This document shows, in pieces, positions 37,701-52,359 of a DNA stretch of 64,000 bases. Numbering within the stretch: the stretch's first letter is position 1; each line of letters opens with the position of its first letter. Under the pieces are notes generated by a model that saw only the letters and a list, made by a program, of their open reading frames with translations, ran no database searches and had not been told where the DNA came from. Origin of the DNA: the human T2T-CHM13v2.0 reference genome, Homo sapiens. The stretch lies in the NCBI RefSeq assembly GCF_009914755.1, contig NC_060940.1; one strand, given 5' to 3'. The position numbers and the translations under genes are program-made.

Positions 37701-40700
37701 TCGATTCCATTCGATGATTCCATTCAATTCCATTCTATGATGATTCCATTCCAGTCCATATGATCATTCCATTTGATTTCATTCGATGATGATTCCATTC
37801 AATTCGATTCGACGATTCCATTCTATTCCATTCGATGATGATTCCATTCGAGTCCATTCGATGATTCCATTCGAGTCCATTTAATGATTCCATTGGGTTC
37901 AATTCAATGATGATTACATTGGATTCCGTTCTATGATTCCATTCAATTCCGTTCATTGACAATTTGATTCCATTCGATGATGATTCCATTTGAGTTCATT
38001 CTATGATTCTATTCGATTCTCTTCGATGGTGATTCAATTCTATTATATTGGATGATTCCATTCGATTCCATTTGATGTTGATTCAATTCGATTCTATTCG
38101 AGGATGATTCCATTGGATTTCACTTGATGATTCTATTCGATTCCATTCAATGATGATTCACTTCTCGTCCATTGGATGATTCCATTTCATTCCATTCGAT
38201 GATGATTCCATTCGATTCCATTCGATGATTCCATTTGATTCCATGCGACGGTGAGCAATTCGATTCAATTCCATGATGATTCTATTTGATTCAATTAGAT
38301 GATGTTTCCATTCGAATCCATTCCATGATTATTCCATTGGAATCCATTCGGCGATGATTCCATATGAGTCAATTCAATGATGATTCCATATGGGTCCGTT
38401 CGATGATAATTCCATTTGATTTCATTCGATGCTTCTATTCTATTCCAGTCGATGATGATTCCGTTGGAGTCCATACGATGATTCCATTTGATTTCATTTG
38501 ATGATGATTCCATTCGATGATGATTACATTGGATTCCATTCTATGATTCCATTCAATTCCATTCATTGATGATTCGATTCCATTCAATGATGATTCCATT
38601 TGAGTTCATTCGATGATTCTATTCGATTCCGTTCGATGGTGATTCAATTCTATTATATTGGATGATTCCACTCGATTCCATTTGATGATTATTCCATTGG
38701 AGTCCACTTAGTGAATCCTTTAGATTCTACTCGACGATGATTCCATTCGAGTCCATTCGATGATACCATTCAATTCCATTCGTTGATGCTTCCATTCAAG
38801 TGCATTCGATGATATCATTCGATTCCATTTGATGATAATTCCATTTGATTCCATGCGATGATTCTATTCGATTCCATTCAATGATAATTCCATTCAATTC
38901 AGTGATTCCTCTGGACTCCATTTGATGATGATTCCATTCAATGATTCCATTCGATTCTATTCGAAAATGATTCCATTTGAATCCATTTGATGATGATTCC
39001 ATTAGATTCCATTTGATGATTCCATTCGATTCCATTCGACGATGATTCCATTCGATTCCGTTTGATGATTCCATTCTATTCTATTCGATGATGATTCCAT
39101 TCGATTCCATTCGATGATGATTGGATTCGATTCCATTGGATGATTTCATTTGATTCCATTCGTTAATGATTTCGATCAATTCCATTCGATGATTCCATTC
39201 GATTCCATTCGATAATGATTACATCCGAGTCCATTCGATGATTCCCTTTGAGCCTGTTCGATAATTCCATTTGAGTCCAACCAATGATTCCATTCATTTC
39301 CATTCAATGATTCCATTCGAGTCCATTTGATCATTCCGGTAGGGTCCATTCGATGTTGATTCCATTGGAGTGCATTCGATGATTCCATTCGAGTCCATTT
39401 TAGGATTTGATTCGAGTCCTTTCGATGATTCCATTCGATTCCACTCGATGATGATTTCATTCGAGTCCATTCGACACTTCCAATCGATTCCATTTGATGA
39501 TTCCATTCGAGTCCAATTGATGATTCCATTCAATTCCATTCGATGATGATTCCGTACGATTCCATTCTGTGATGATTCCATGTGATTGCATTCAATGATG
39601 ATTCCTTTCGATTGCATTCGATTATGATTCATTTCGTGTTCATTCTATGGTTCCACAGGTTTCCATTCGTGTCCATTCCATTATTCCATTCTATTCCATT
39701 TGATGATGATTCCATTCGATTCCATTCATTGGTGATTCCACTCAATTCCATTCAATGATTCCATTCCATTTCTTTCAACAATGATTCCATTAGTTTCTAA
39801 TCGATGATCCACTTGATTCCATTTGACGACGATTCCATTCTTGTCCATTCGATGATTCCATTTGATTCCATATGATGATGATTCCATTCGATTCCATACG
39901 ATGATGATTCCATTCGAGTCCATTCAATGGTGATTCCATTCAATTCCATTCGATGATTCCTTTTGATTCCATTCGATGATGATGGCATTTGATTCCTTTC
40001 AATCATTCCCTTTGATTCCATTCAAAGGTGATTTCATTCAAGTCCATTCGATAATTGCATTCGATTCCATTCTATGATGATTCCATTCGAGTCCATTTGA
40101 TGATTCCATTCAATTCAAGTCAATGATGATTCCATTCGATTCCACTCGATGATTCCATTGGATTCCATTCGATGATGATTCCATTCAAATCCATTCGATA
40201 ATTCAATTCAAGTCCATTCGATGATGATTCCAATCGAATCCATTCAAAGATTCCATTCAGTTCCATTCGATGATTCCCTTGGATTCCATTCGATGATTCC
40301 ACTTGATTGCATTTACGATGATTCCATTCGATTCCATGTGATGATTCCATTCAATTCTATTCAATGATGTCTCCATTTGATTCCATTCGACCATGATTGC
40401 CTTTGATTCCATTCAATGATTCCATTCGGTTCCGTTTGATGATGATTCCGTTCGATTCCATTTGATGATTCCATTTGATTCCATTGGATGAGTCCATTCG
40501 ATTACATTCGATGATTATTCCATTCGAGTGCATTAGATGATTCCATTCGAGTCCATTCGATGATTCCATTCGATTCCATTCGATGTTGATTCTGTTCAAA
40601 TCCATTCGATGATTCCACTCGATTCCATTCGTTGACTCCATTTGATCCCATTCGATGATTTCCTTTGATTCCCTTTGATGATCATTCCATTTGATTCAAT

Positions 40701-40850
40701 TCGGTGATTTCATTTGATTCCATTCAGTGATGTTTCCATTCGACTCCATTCGATGATGATTCCATTCGACTCCATTCGATTATGATTTCATTCAATTCCA
40801 TTCGATAATGATTCCCTTCGAGTCCATTCGATGATTCCATTCGATTCCAT
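34739..40850 (+). repeat. Canonical 6,112-bp unit
   Basis: Same marker order at offset 6112 from the previous unit. Confidence 0.93.
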
Positions 40851-43800
40851 TCAACGATGATTTGATTCGTGTCCATTCGATGATTCCATTTGATTCCACT
40901 TGATGATGATTCCATTCGAGTCCATTTGATGATTCCATTCAATTCCATACTCCGATGATTTCTTTTGAGCCCACTCAATGCTTCCACTCGATTCCATATG
41001 ATGATGACTCCATTCGATGAAATTCGATGATGATTCCATTCGCTTGCTTTCGATGATGATTCCACTTGAGTCCGTTAGAAGATTCTATTCAATTACATTC
41101 CATGACGATTCCGTTCGAGTCCATTTGATGATTCCATTAGACTCCATTCGACGATGATTCCATTCGATGTTATTCGATGATTCCATTCGATCTCATTCGA
41201 TGATGATTCCATTCAACTCCATTCGATGTTTCCATTCGAGTTCATTCTATTATTCCATTAGATTCCATTCGATGATGATTCCATTCGATTCCATTTGATG
41301 ATTGCATTCTATTTCATTTGATGATGATTCCATTCGAGTCCACTCGATGATTCCATTCGAGTCCATTTAATGAATCCATTGGTTTCAATTCTATGATGAT
41401 TACATTGGATTCCATTCGTTGATGATTTCATTCGGTTCCATTCAATGATGATTCCATTCAATTCCTTTCAATGTTTCCATTCAATTCCATACGATGATGA
41501 TTCCATTTGATTTGATTCGACAGTGAGCCATTCGATTCAATTCCATGATGATTCTATTTGATTCAATTGGTTGACATTTCCATTCGATTCCATTCGATGA
41601 TGATTCCCTTTGATTCCGTTCAAAGATGATTCCATTCTAGCCCATTCAATCATTCCATTCGATTCTATTCAATGATGATTCCATTCATGTCGATTTGGTG
41701 ATTCCATTTGACTTCATTTGATGATGATTCCTTTCAAGTTCATTAGATGATTCCATTCGATTCCATTTGATGATGATCCCATTCGAGTCCATTCAGTGAT
41801 TCCATTCGTTTCCATTCCATGATGATTCCATTCCTTTCCATTCAATGATTCCATTCGATTCCGTTTGATGATGATTTCATTCGAGTCCATTTGATGATTC
41901 CATTTGATTCCATTCGATGATGATTCCATTCGAGTCCATTCGATGATTCTATTCGAATCCATTTGATGATTTCTTTTGATTATATTTGGTGATGATTCCA
42001 TTGGAGTCCATTCAATGATTCCATTCTATTCCAATCGATGATGATTCCATTAGAGTCCAGTTAATGATTCCATTTGATTCCAGTCTCTGATGATTACATT
42101 CGAGTCCATACGATGATTCCACTCAATTCCATATGATGATGATTCCATTTGATTCCATTCGGTGATTCCATTCTATTCTATTCAATGGTGATTCCATTCG
42201 AGTACATTAGATGATTCCATTCGATTCCATTCAATGATGATTCTATTTGTGTCCCTTAGATGATTCCACATGATTCCATTAGATGATGATACTATTTGAG
42301 CCCATCCAATGATTCCCTTCGATTCCATTCGATGAGGATTCCATTCGATTCAATTCATTGGTGATTCTATTCAATTCAATTCTTTGATTCCATTCCATTC
42401 CATTCGACAATGATTCCATTCGATTTCTTTCGATGATTCCACTCGATTCCACTTGACATTGATTCCATTCGATTCCATTCAATGATTCCATTTGATTCCA
42501 GTGGATGATGATTGCCATCGATTCCATTCGATCACTCCATTCTATTCCATTTGATGATGATTACATTCGATTCCATTTGATGATTCCATCTGATTCTATT
42601 CGAGGATTCCATTTGATTCCATTCGATGATGATTCCATTCGAGTCCATTCGATGATTTCATTCGAGTACATCCAATGATTCCATTCGAGTCCATTAGATG
42701 ATTCCATTTGATTCCATTTGAAAATGATTCTACTAGAGTCCATTCAATGACTCCATTCGAGTCCATTCAACAATTCCATTCGACTCCATTCGATGATTCC
42801 ATTCGATTCCATTTGATGGTTCCATTCGAGTCCATTTAATCATTACAGTCGAGTCCATTTGGTGATTCCACTGTTATTCTTTTGATAATGATACCATTCA
42901 ATTACATTTGATGATGATCCCATTCCATTTCATTTGATGATGATTCCATTAGAGTCCATTCGATGATTTCATTCGAGTCCCTTCATTGATTCCATCCGAT
43001 TTCATTGGATGATGACTCCATTCGAGTCCATTCGATGATTCCACTCGATTCCATTAGATGACTCCATTGGAGTCCATTTGATTGTTCCATTCGATTCCAT
43101 TCGATTCCTTTCGAAGATTATTCCATTTGAGTCCATTCGATGATGATTCCATTCCATTCCATTCGATGATTCCGTTTGATTCCATTCGATGATTCCCTTC
43201 GATTCCTTTCTTTGATGATTCCATTCCATTCCATTCAATGATTCCATTCGAATCTATTCCATGATGATTCCTTTCGATTCCATTCGCTGATGTTTCCGTT
43301 CAATTCCATTCGATGATGATTCCATTCGATTCCATTCATTGAGGATTCCATTTGATTCCATTCAATGATGATTCCATTCTATTCCATTCAATGATTGCAT
43401 TCAATTCCATTCAATGATTATCCCCTTAGAGTAAACTCAACGATTCCATTCAATACCATTCGATGATGATTCCTTTTGAGTCCATTCAATGATTTCATTC
43501 AAGTCCATTTGATGATTCCTTTCAATTCCATTCTATGATGATTCCATTCGAGTCCATTCGATGATTCCATTCGATTGCATTCGATGATTCCATTATATTC
43601 CATTCAACGGTGATTCCATTCGAGTCCATTCCATGATTCCATTAGAGTACATTTAATGATTGCTTTGTTTTCAATTCGAAGATGATTACATTGGATTCCA
43701 TTCTATGATACCATTCGATTCCATTCAATGATGATTCCACTCAAATCCATTGGATGATTCCATTCGTGTCCATTCGGTGATTTCATTAGATTCCATTCGA

Positions 43801-46800
43801 GGATGATTCCATTCGATTCCATTCGATGATTCCATTCAATTCCATTCTATGATGATTCCATTCCAGTCCATATGATCATTCCATTTGATTTCATTCGATG
43901 ATGATTCCATTCAATTCGATTCGACGATTCCATTCTATTCCATTCGATGATGATTCCATTCGAGTCCATTCGATGATTCCATTCGAGTCCATTTAATGAT
44001 TCCATTGGGTTCAATTCAATGATGATTACATTGGATTCCGTTCTATGATTCCATTCAATTCCGTTCATTGACAATTTGATTCCATTCGATGATGATTCCA
44101 TTTGAGTTCATTCGATGATTCTATTCGATTCTCTTCGATGGTGATTCAATTCTATTATATTGGATGATTCCATTCGATTCCATTTGATGTTGATTCAATT
44201 CGATTCTATTCGATGATGATTCCATTGGATTTCACTTGATGATTCTATTCGATTCCATTCAATGATGATTCACTTCTCGTCCATTGGATGATTCCATTTC
44301 ATTCCATTCGATGATGATTCCATTCGATTCCATTCGATGATTCCATTTGATTCCATGCGACGGTGAGCAATTCGATTCAATTCCATGATGATTCTATTTG
44401 ATTCAATTAGATGATGTTTCCATTCGAATCCATTCCATGATTATTCCATTGGAATCCATTCGGCGATGATTCCATATGAGTCAATTCAATGATGATTCCA
44501 TATGGGTCCGTTCGATGATAATTCCATTTGATTTCATTCGATGCTTCTATTCTATTCCAGTCGATGATGATTCCGTTGGAGTCCATACGATGATTCCATT
44601 TGATTTCATTTCATGATGATTCCATTCGATGATGATTACATTGGATTCCATTCTATGATTCCATTCAATTCCATTCGTTGATGATTCGATTCCATTCAAT
44701 GATGATTCCATTTGAGTTCATTCGATGATTCTATTCGATTCCGTTCGATGGTGATTCAATTCTATTATATTGGATGATTCCACTCGATTCCATTTGATGA
44801 TTATTCCATTGGAGTCCACTTAGTGAATCCTTTAGATTCTACTCGACGATGATTCCATTCGAGTCCATTCGATGATACCATTCAATTCCATTCGTTGATG
44901 CTTCCATTCAAGTGCATTCGATGATATCATTCGATTCCATTTGATGATAATTCCATTTGATTCCATGCGATGATTCTATTCGATTCCATTCAATGATAAT
45001 TCCATTCAATTCAGTGATTCCTCTGGACTCCATTTGATGATGATTCCATTCAATGATTCCATTCGATTCTATTCGAAAATGATTCCATTTGAATCCATTT
45101 GATGATGATTCCATTAGATTCCATTTGATGATTCCATTCGATTCCATTCGACGATGATTCCATTCGATTCCGTTTGATGATTCCATTCTATTCTATTCGA
45201 TGATGATTCCATTCGATTCCATTCGATGATGATTGGATTCGATTCCATTTGATGATTTCATTTGATTCCATTCGTTAATGATTTCGATCAATTCCATTCG
45301 ATGATTCCATTCGATTCCATTCGATAATGATTACATCCGAGTCCATTCGATGATTCCCTTTGAGCCTGTTCGATAATTCCATTTGAGTCCAACCAATGAT
45401 TCCATTCATTTCCATTCAATGATTCCATTCGAGTCCATTTGATCATTCCGGTAGGGTCCATTCGATGTTGATTCCATTGGAGTGCATTCGATGATTCCAT
45501 TCGAGTCCATTTTAGGATTTGATTCGAGTCCTTTCGATGATTCCATTCGATTCCACTCGATGATGATTTCATTCGAGTCCATTCGACACTTCCAATCGAT
45601 TCCATTTGATGATTCCATTCGAGTCCAATTGATGATTCCATTCAATTCCATTCGATGATGATTCCGTACGATTCCATTCTGTGATGATTCCATGTGATTG
45701 CATTCAATGATGATTCCTTTCGATTGCATTCGATTATGATTCATTTCGTGTTCATTCTATGGTTCCACAGGTTTCCATTCGTGTCCATTCCATTATTCCA
45801 TTCTATTCCATTTCATGATGATTCCATTCGATTCCATTCATTGGTGATTCCACACAATTCCATTCAATGATTCCATCCGTTTCTTTCAACAATGATTCCA
45901 TTACTTTCTAATCGATGATCCACTTGATTCCATTGGACGACGATTCCATTCTTGTCCATTCGATGATTCCATTTGATTCCATATGATGATGATTCCATTC
46001 GATTCCATACCATGATGATTCCATTCGAGTCCATTCAATGGTGATTCCATTCAATTCCATTCGATGATTCCTTTCGATTCCATTCGATGATGATGGCATT
46101 CGATTCCTTTCAATCATTCCCTTTGATTCCATTCCAAGGTGATTTCATTCAAGTCCATTCGATAATTGCATTCGATTCCATTCTATGATGATTCCATTCG
46201 AGTCCATTTGATGATTCCATTCAATTCAAGTCAATGATGATTCCATTCGATTCCATTCGATGATTCCATTGGATTCCATTCGATGATGATTCCATTCAAA
46301 TCCATTCGATAATTCAATTCAAGTCCATTCGATGATGATTCCAATCGAATCCATTCAAAGATTCCATTCAGTTCCATTCGATGATTCCCTTAGATTCCAT
46401 TCGATGATTCCACTTGATTGCATTTACGATGATTCCATTCGATTCCATGTGATGATTCCATTCAATTCTATTCAATGATGTCTCCATTTGATTCCATTCG
46501 ACCATGATTGCCTTTGATTCCATTCAATGATTCCATTCGGTTCCGTTTGATGATGATTCCGTTCGATTCCATTTGATGATTCCATTTGATTCCATTGGAT
46601 GAGTCCATTCGATTACATTCGATGATTATTCCATTCGAGTGCATTAGATGATTCCATTCGAGTCCATTCGATGATTCCATTCGATTCCATTCGATGTTGA
46701 TTCTGTTCAAATCCATTCGATGATTCCACTCGATTCCATTCGTTGACTCCACTTGATCCCATTCGATGATTTCCTTTGATTCCCTTTGATGATCATTCCA

Positions 46801-46961
46801 TTTGATTCAATTCGGTGATTTCATTTGATTCCATTCAGTGATGTTTCCATTCGACTCCATTCGATGATGATTCCATTCGACTCCATTCGATTATGATTTC
46901 ATTCAATTCCATTCGATAATGATTCCCTTCGAGTCCATTCGATGATTCCATTCGATTCCAT
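40851..46961 (+). repeat. 6,111-bp unit (1-bp deletion near 45876)
   Basis: TTCCATCCGTTTCTTTC here versus TTCCATTCCATTTCTTTC in other copies. ORF offsets change from 6112 (39294/45406) to 6111 (39797/45908). Confidence 0.9.
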
Positions 46962-49900
46962 TCAACGATGATTTGATTCGTGTCCATTCGATGATTCCAT
47001 TTGATTCCACTTGATGATGATTCCATTCGAGTCCATTTGATGATTCCATTCAATTCCATACTCCGATGATTTCTTTTGAGCCCACTCAATGCTTCCACTC
47101 GATTCCATATGATGATGACTCCATTCGATGAAATTCGATGATGATTCCATTCGCTTGCTTTTGATGATGATTCCACTTGAGTCCGTTAGAAGATTCTATT
47201 CAATTACATTCCATGACGATTCCGTTCGAGTCCATTTGATGATTCCATTAGACTCCATTCGACGATGATTCCATTCGATGTTATTCGATGATTCCATTCG
47301 ATCTCATTCGATGATGATTCCATTCAACTCCATTCGATGTTTCCATTCGAGTTCATTCTATTATTCCATTAGATTCAATTCGATGATGATTCCATTCGAT
47401 TCCATTTGATGATTGCATTCTATTTCATTTGATGATGATTCCATTCGAGTCCACTCGATGATTCCATTCGAGTCCATTTAATGAATCCATTGGTTTCAAT
47501 TCTATGATGATTACATTGGATTCCATTCGTTGATGATTTCATTCGGTTCCATTCAATGATGATTCCATTCAATTCCTTTCAATGTTTCCATTCAATTCCA
47601 TATGATGATGATTCCATTTGATTTGATTCGACAGTGAGCCATTCGATTCAATTCCATGATGATTCTATTTGATTCAATTGGTTGACATTTCCATTCGATT
47701 CCATTTGATGATGATTCCCTTTGATTCCGTTCAAAGATGATTCCATTCTAGCCCATTCAATCATTCCATTCGATTCTATTCAATGATGATTCCATTCATG
47801 TCGATTTGGTGATTCCATTTGACTTCATTTGATGATGATTCCTTTCAAGTTCATTAGATGATTCCATTCGATTCCATTTGATGATGATCCCATTCGAGTC
47901 CATTCAGTGATTCCATTCGTTTCTATTCCATGATGATTCCATTCCTTTCCATTCAATGATTCCATTCGATTCCGTTTGATGATGATTTCATTCGAGTCCA
48001 TTTGATGATTCCATTTGATTCCATTCGATGATGATTCCATTCGAGTCCATTCGATGATTCTATTCGAATCCATTTGATGATTTCTTTTGATTATACTTGG
48101 TGATGATTCCATTGGAGTCCATTCAATGATTCCATTCTATTCCAATCGATGATGATTCCATTAGAGTCCATTTAATGATTCCATTTGATTCCAGTCTCTG
48201 ATGATTACATTCGAGTCCATACGATGATTCCACTCAATTCCATATGATGATGATTCCATTTGATTCCATTCGGTGATTCCATTCTATTCTATTCAATGGT
48301 GATTCCATTCGAGTACATTAGATGATTCCATTCGATTCCATTCAATGATGATTCTATTTGTGTCCCTTAGATGATTCCACATGATTCCATTACATGATGA
48401 TACTATTTGAGCCCATCCAATGATTCCCTTCGATTCCATTCGATGAGGATTCCATTCGATTCAATTCATTGGTGATTCTATTCAATTCAATTCTTTGATT
48501 CCATTCCATTCCATTCGACAATGATTCCATTCGATTTCTTTCGATGATTCCACTCGATTCCACTTGACATTGATTCCATTCGATTCCATTCAATGATTCC
48601 ATTTGATTCCAGTGGATGATGATTGCCATCGATTCCATTCGATCACTCCATTCTATTCCATTTGATGATGATTACATTCGATTCCATTTGATGATTCCAT
48701 CTGATTCTATTCGAGGATTCCATTTGATTCCATTCGCTGATGATTCCATTCGAGTCCATTCGATGATTTCATTCGAGTACATCCAATGATTCCATTCGAG
48801 TCCATTAGATGATTCCATTTGATTCCATTTGAAAATGATTCTACTAGAGTCCATTCAATGACTCCATTCGAGTCCATTCAACAATTCCATTCGACTCCAT
48901 TCGATGATTCCATTCGATTCCATTTGATGGTTCCATTCGAGTCCATTTAATCATTACAGTCGAGTCCATTTGGTGATTCCACTGTTATTCTTTTGATAAT
49001 GATACCATTCAATTACATTTGATGATGATCCCATTCAATTTCATTTGATGATGATTCCATTAGAGTCCATTCGATGATTTCATTCGAGTCCCTTCATTGA
49101 TTCCATCCGATTTCATTGGATGATGACTCCATTCGAGTCCATTCGATGATTCCACTCGATTCCATTAGATGACTCCATTGGAGTCCATTTGATTGTTCCA
49201 TTCGATTCCATTCGATTCCTTTCGAAGATTATTCCATTTGAGTCCATTCGATGATGATTCCATTCCATTCCATTCGATGATTCCGTTTGATTCCATTCGA
49301 TGATTCCCTTCGATTCCTTTCTTTGATGATTCCATTCCATTCCATTCAATGATTCCATTCGAATCTATTCCATGATGATTCCTTTCGATTCCATTCGCTG
49401 ATGTTTCCGTTCAATTCCATTCGATGATGATTCCATTCGATTCCATTCATTGAGGATTCCATTTGATTCCATTCAATGATGATTCCATTCTATTCCATTC
49501 AATGATTGCATTCAATTCCATTCAATGATTATCCCCTTAGAGTAAACTCAACGATTCCATTCAATACCATTCGATGATGATTCCTTTTGAGTCCATTCAA
49601 TGATTTCATTCAAGTCCATTTGATGATTCCTTTCAATTCCATTCTATGATGATTCCATTCGAGTCCATTCGATGATTCCATTCGATTGCATTCGATGATT
49701 CCATTATATTCCATTCAACGGTGATTCCATTCGAGTCCATTCCATGATTCCATTAGAGTACATTTAATGATTGCTTTGTTTTCAATTCGAAGATGATTAC
49801 ATTGGATTCCATTCTATGATACCATTCGATTCCATTCAATGATGATTCCACTCAAATCCATTGGATGATTCCATTCGTGTCCATTCGGTGATTTCATTAG

Positions 49901-52359
49901 ATTCCATTCGAGGATGATTCCATTCGATTCCATTCGATGATTCCATTCAATTCCATTCTATGATGATTCCATTCCAGTCCATATGATCATTCCATTTGAT
50001 TTCATTCGATGATGATTCCATTCAATTCGATTCGACGATTCCATTCTATTCCATTCGATGATGATTCCATTCGAGTCCATTCGATGATTCCATTCGAGTC
50101 CATTTAATGATTCCATTGGGTTCAATTCAATGATGATTACATTGGATTCCGTTCTATGATTCCATTCAATTCCGTTCATTGACAATTTGATTCCATTCGA
50201 TGATGATTCCATTTGAGTTCATTCGATGATTCTATTCGATTCTCTTCGATGGTGATTCAATTCTATTATATTGGATGATTCCATTCGATTCCATTTGATG
50301 TTGATTCAATTCGATTCTATTCGATGATGATTCCATTGGATTTCACTTGATGATTCTATTCGATTCCATTCAATGATGATTCACTTCTCGTCCATTGGAT
50401 GATTCCATTTCATTCCATTCGATGATGATTCCATTCGATTCCATTCGATGATTCCATTTGATTCCATGCGACGGTGAGCAATTCGATTCAATTCCATGAT
50501 GATTCTATTTGATTCAATTAGATGATGTTTCCATTCGAATCCATTCCATGATTATTCCATTGGAATCCATTCGGCGATGATTCCATATGAGTCAATTCAA
50601 TGATGATTCCATATGGGTCCGTTCGATGATAATTCCATTTGATTTCATTCGATGCTTCTATTCTATTCCAGTCGATGATGATTCCGTTGGAGTCCATACG
50701 ATGATTCCATTTGATTTCATTTCATGATGATTCCATTCGATGATGATTACATTGGATTCCATTCTATGATTCCATTCAATTCCATTCGTTGATGATTCGA
50801 TTCCATTCAATGATGATTCCATTTGAGTTCATTCGATGATTCTATTCGATTCCGTTCGATGGTGATTCAATTCTATTATATTGGATGATTCCACTCGATT
50901 CCATTTGATGATTATTCCATTGGAGTCCACTTAGTGAATCCTTTAGATTCCACTCGATGATGATTTCATTCGAGTCCATTCGACACTTCCAATCGATTCC
51001 ATTTGATGATTCCATTCGAGTCCAATTGATGATTCCATACAATTCCATTCGATGATGATTCCGTACGATTCCATTCTGTGATGATTCCATGTGATTGCAT
51101 TCAATGATGATTCCTTTCGATTGCATTCGATTATGATTCATTTCGTGTTCATTCTATGGTTCCACAGGTTTCCATTCGTGTCCATTCCATTATTCCATTC
51201 TATTCCATTTCATGATGATTCCATTCGATTCCATTCATTGGTGATTCCACTCAATTCCATTCAATGATTCCATTCCATTTCTTTCAACAATGATTCCATT
51301 AGTTTCTAATCGATGATCCACTTGATTCCATTTGACGACGATTCCATTCTTGTCCATTCGATGATTCCATTTGATTCCATATGATGATGATTCCATTCGA
51401 TTCCATACCATGATGATTCCATTCGAGTCCATTCAATGGTGATTCCATTCAATTCCATTCGATGATTCCTTTCGATTCCATTCGATGATGATGGCATTCG
51501 ATTCCTTTCAATCATTCCCTTTGATTCCATTCCAAGGTGATTTCATTCAAGTCCATTCGATAATTGCATTCGATTCCATTCTATGATGATTCCATTCGAG
51601 TCCATTTGATGATTCCATTCAATTCAAGTCAATGATGATTCCATTCGATTCCATTCGATGATTCCATTGGATTCCATTCGATGATGATTCCATTCAAATC
51701 CATTCGATAGTTCAATTCAAGTCCATTCGATGATGATTCCAATCGAATCCATTCAAAGATTCCATTCAGTTCCATTCGATGATTCCCTTAGATTCCATTC
51801 GATGATTCCACTTGATTGCATTTACGATGATTCCATTCGATTCCATGTGATGATTCCATTCAATTCTATTCAATGATGTCTCCATTTGATTCCATTCGAC
51901 CATGATTGCCTTTGATTCCATTCAATGATTCCATTCGGTTCCGTTTGATGATGATTCCGTTCGATTCCATTTGATGATTCCATTTGATTCCATTGGATGA
52001 GTCCATTCGATTACATTCGATGATTATTCCATTCGAGTGCATTAGATGATTCCATTCGAGTCCATTCGATGATTCCATTCGATTCCATTCGATGTTGATT
52101 CTGTTCAAATCCATTCGATGATTCCACTCGATTCCATTCGTTGACTCCATTTGATCCCATTCGATGATTTCCTTTGATTCCCTTTGATGATCATTCCATT
52201 TGATTCAATTCGGTGATTTCATTTGATTCCATTCAGTGATGTTTCCATTCGACTCCATTCGATGATGATTCCATTCGACTCCATTCGATTATGATTTCAT
52301 TCAATTCCATTCGATAATGATTCCCTTCGAGTCCATTCGATGATTCCATTCGATTCCAT
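46962..52359 (+). repeat. 5,398-bp truncated unit (714-bp internal deletion, junction 50946-50950)
   Basis: GAATCCTTTAGATTC joins directly to CACTCGATGATGATTTC. In the preceding copy these GATTC ends are at 44839 and 45553, 714 bp apart. The GGTAGGGTCC and GATATC markers are missing from this copy. Confidence 0.92.

Noticed and set aside
50842-51141. Apparently novel fusion ORF of 99 aa
   Set aside because: It is only the in-frame read-through of the 714-bp deletion junction (714 is divisible by 3), with no evidence of coding function.
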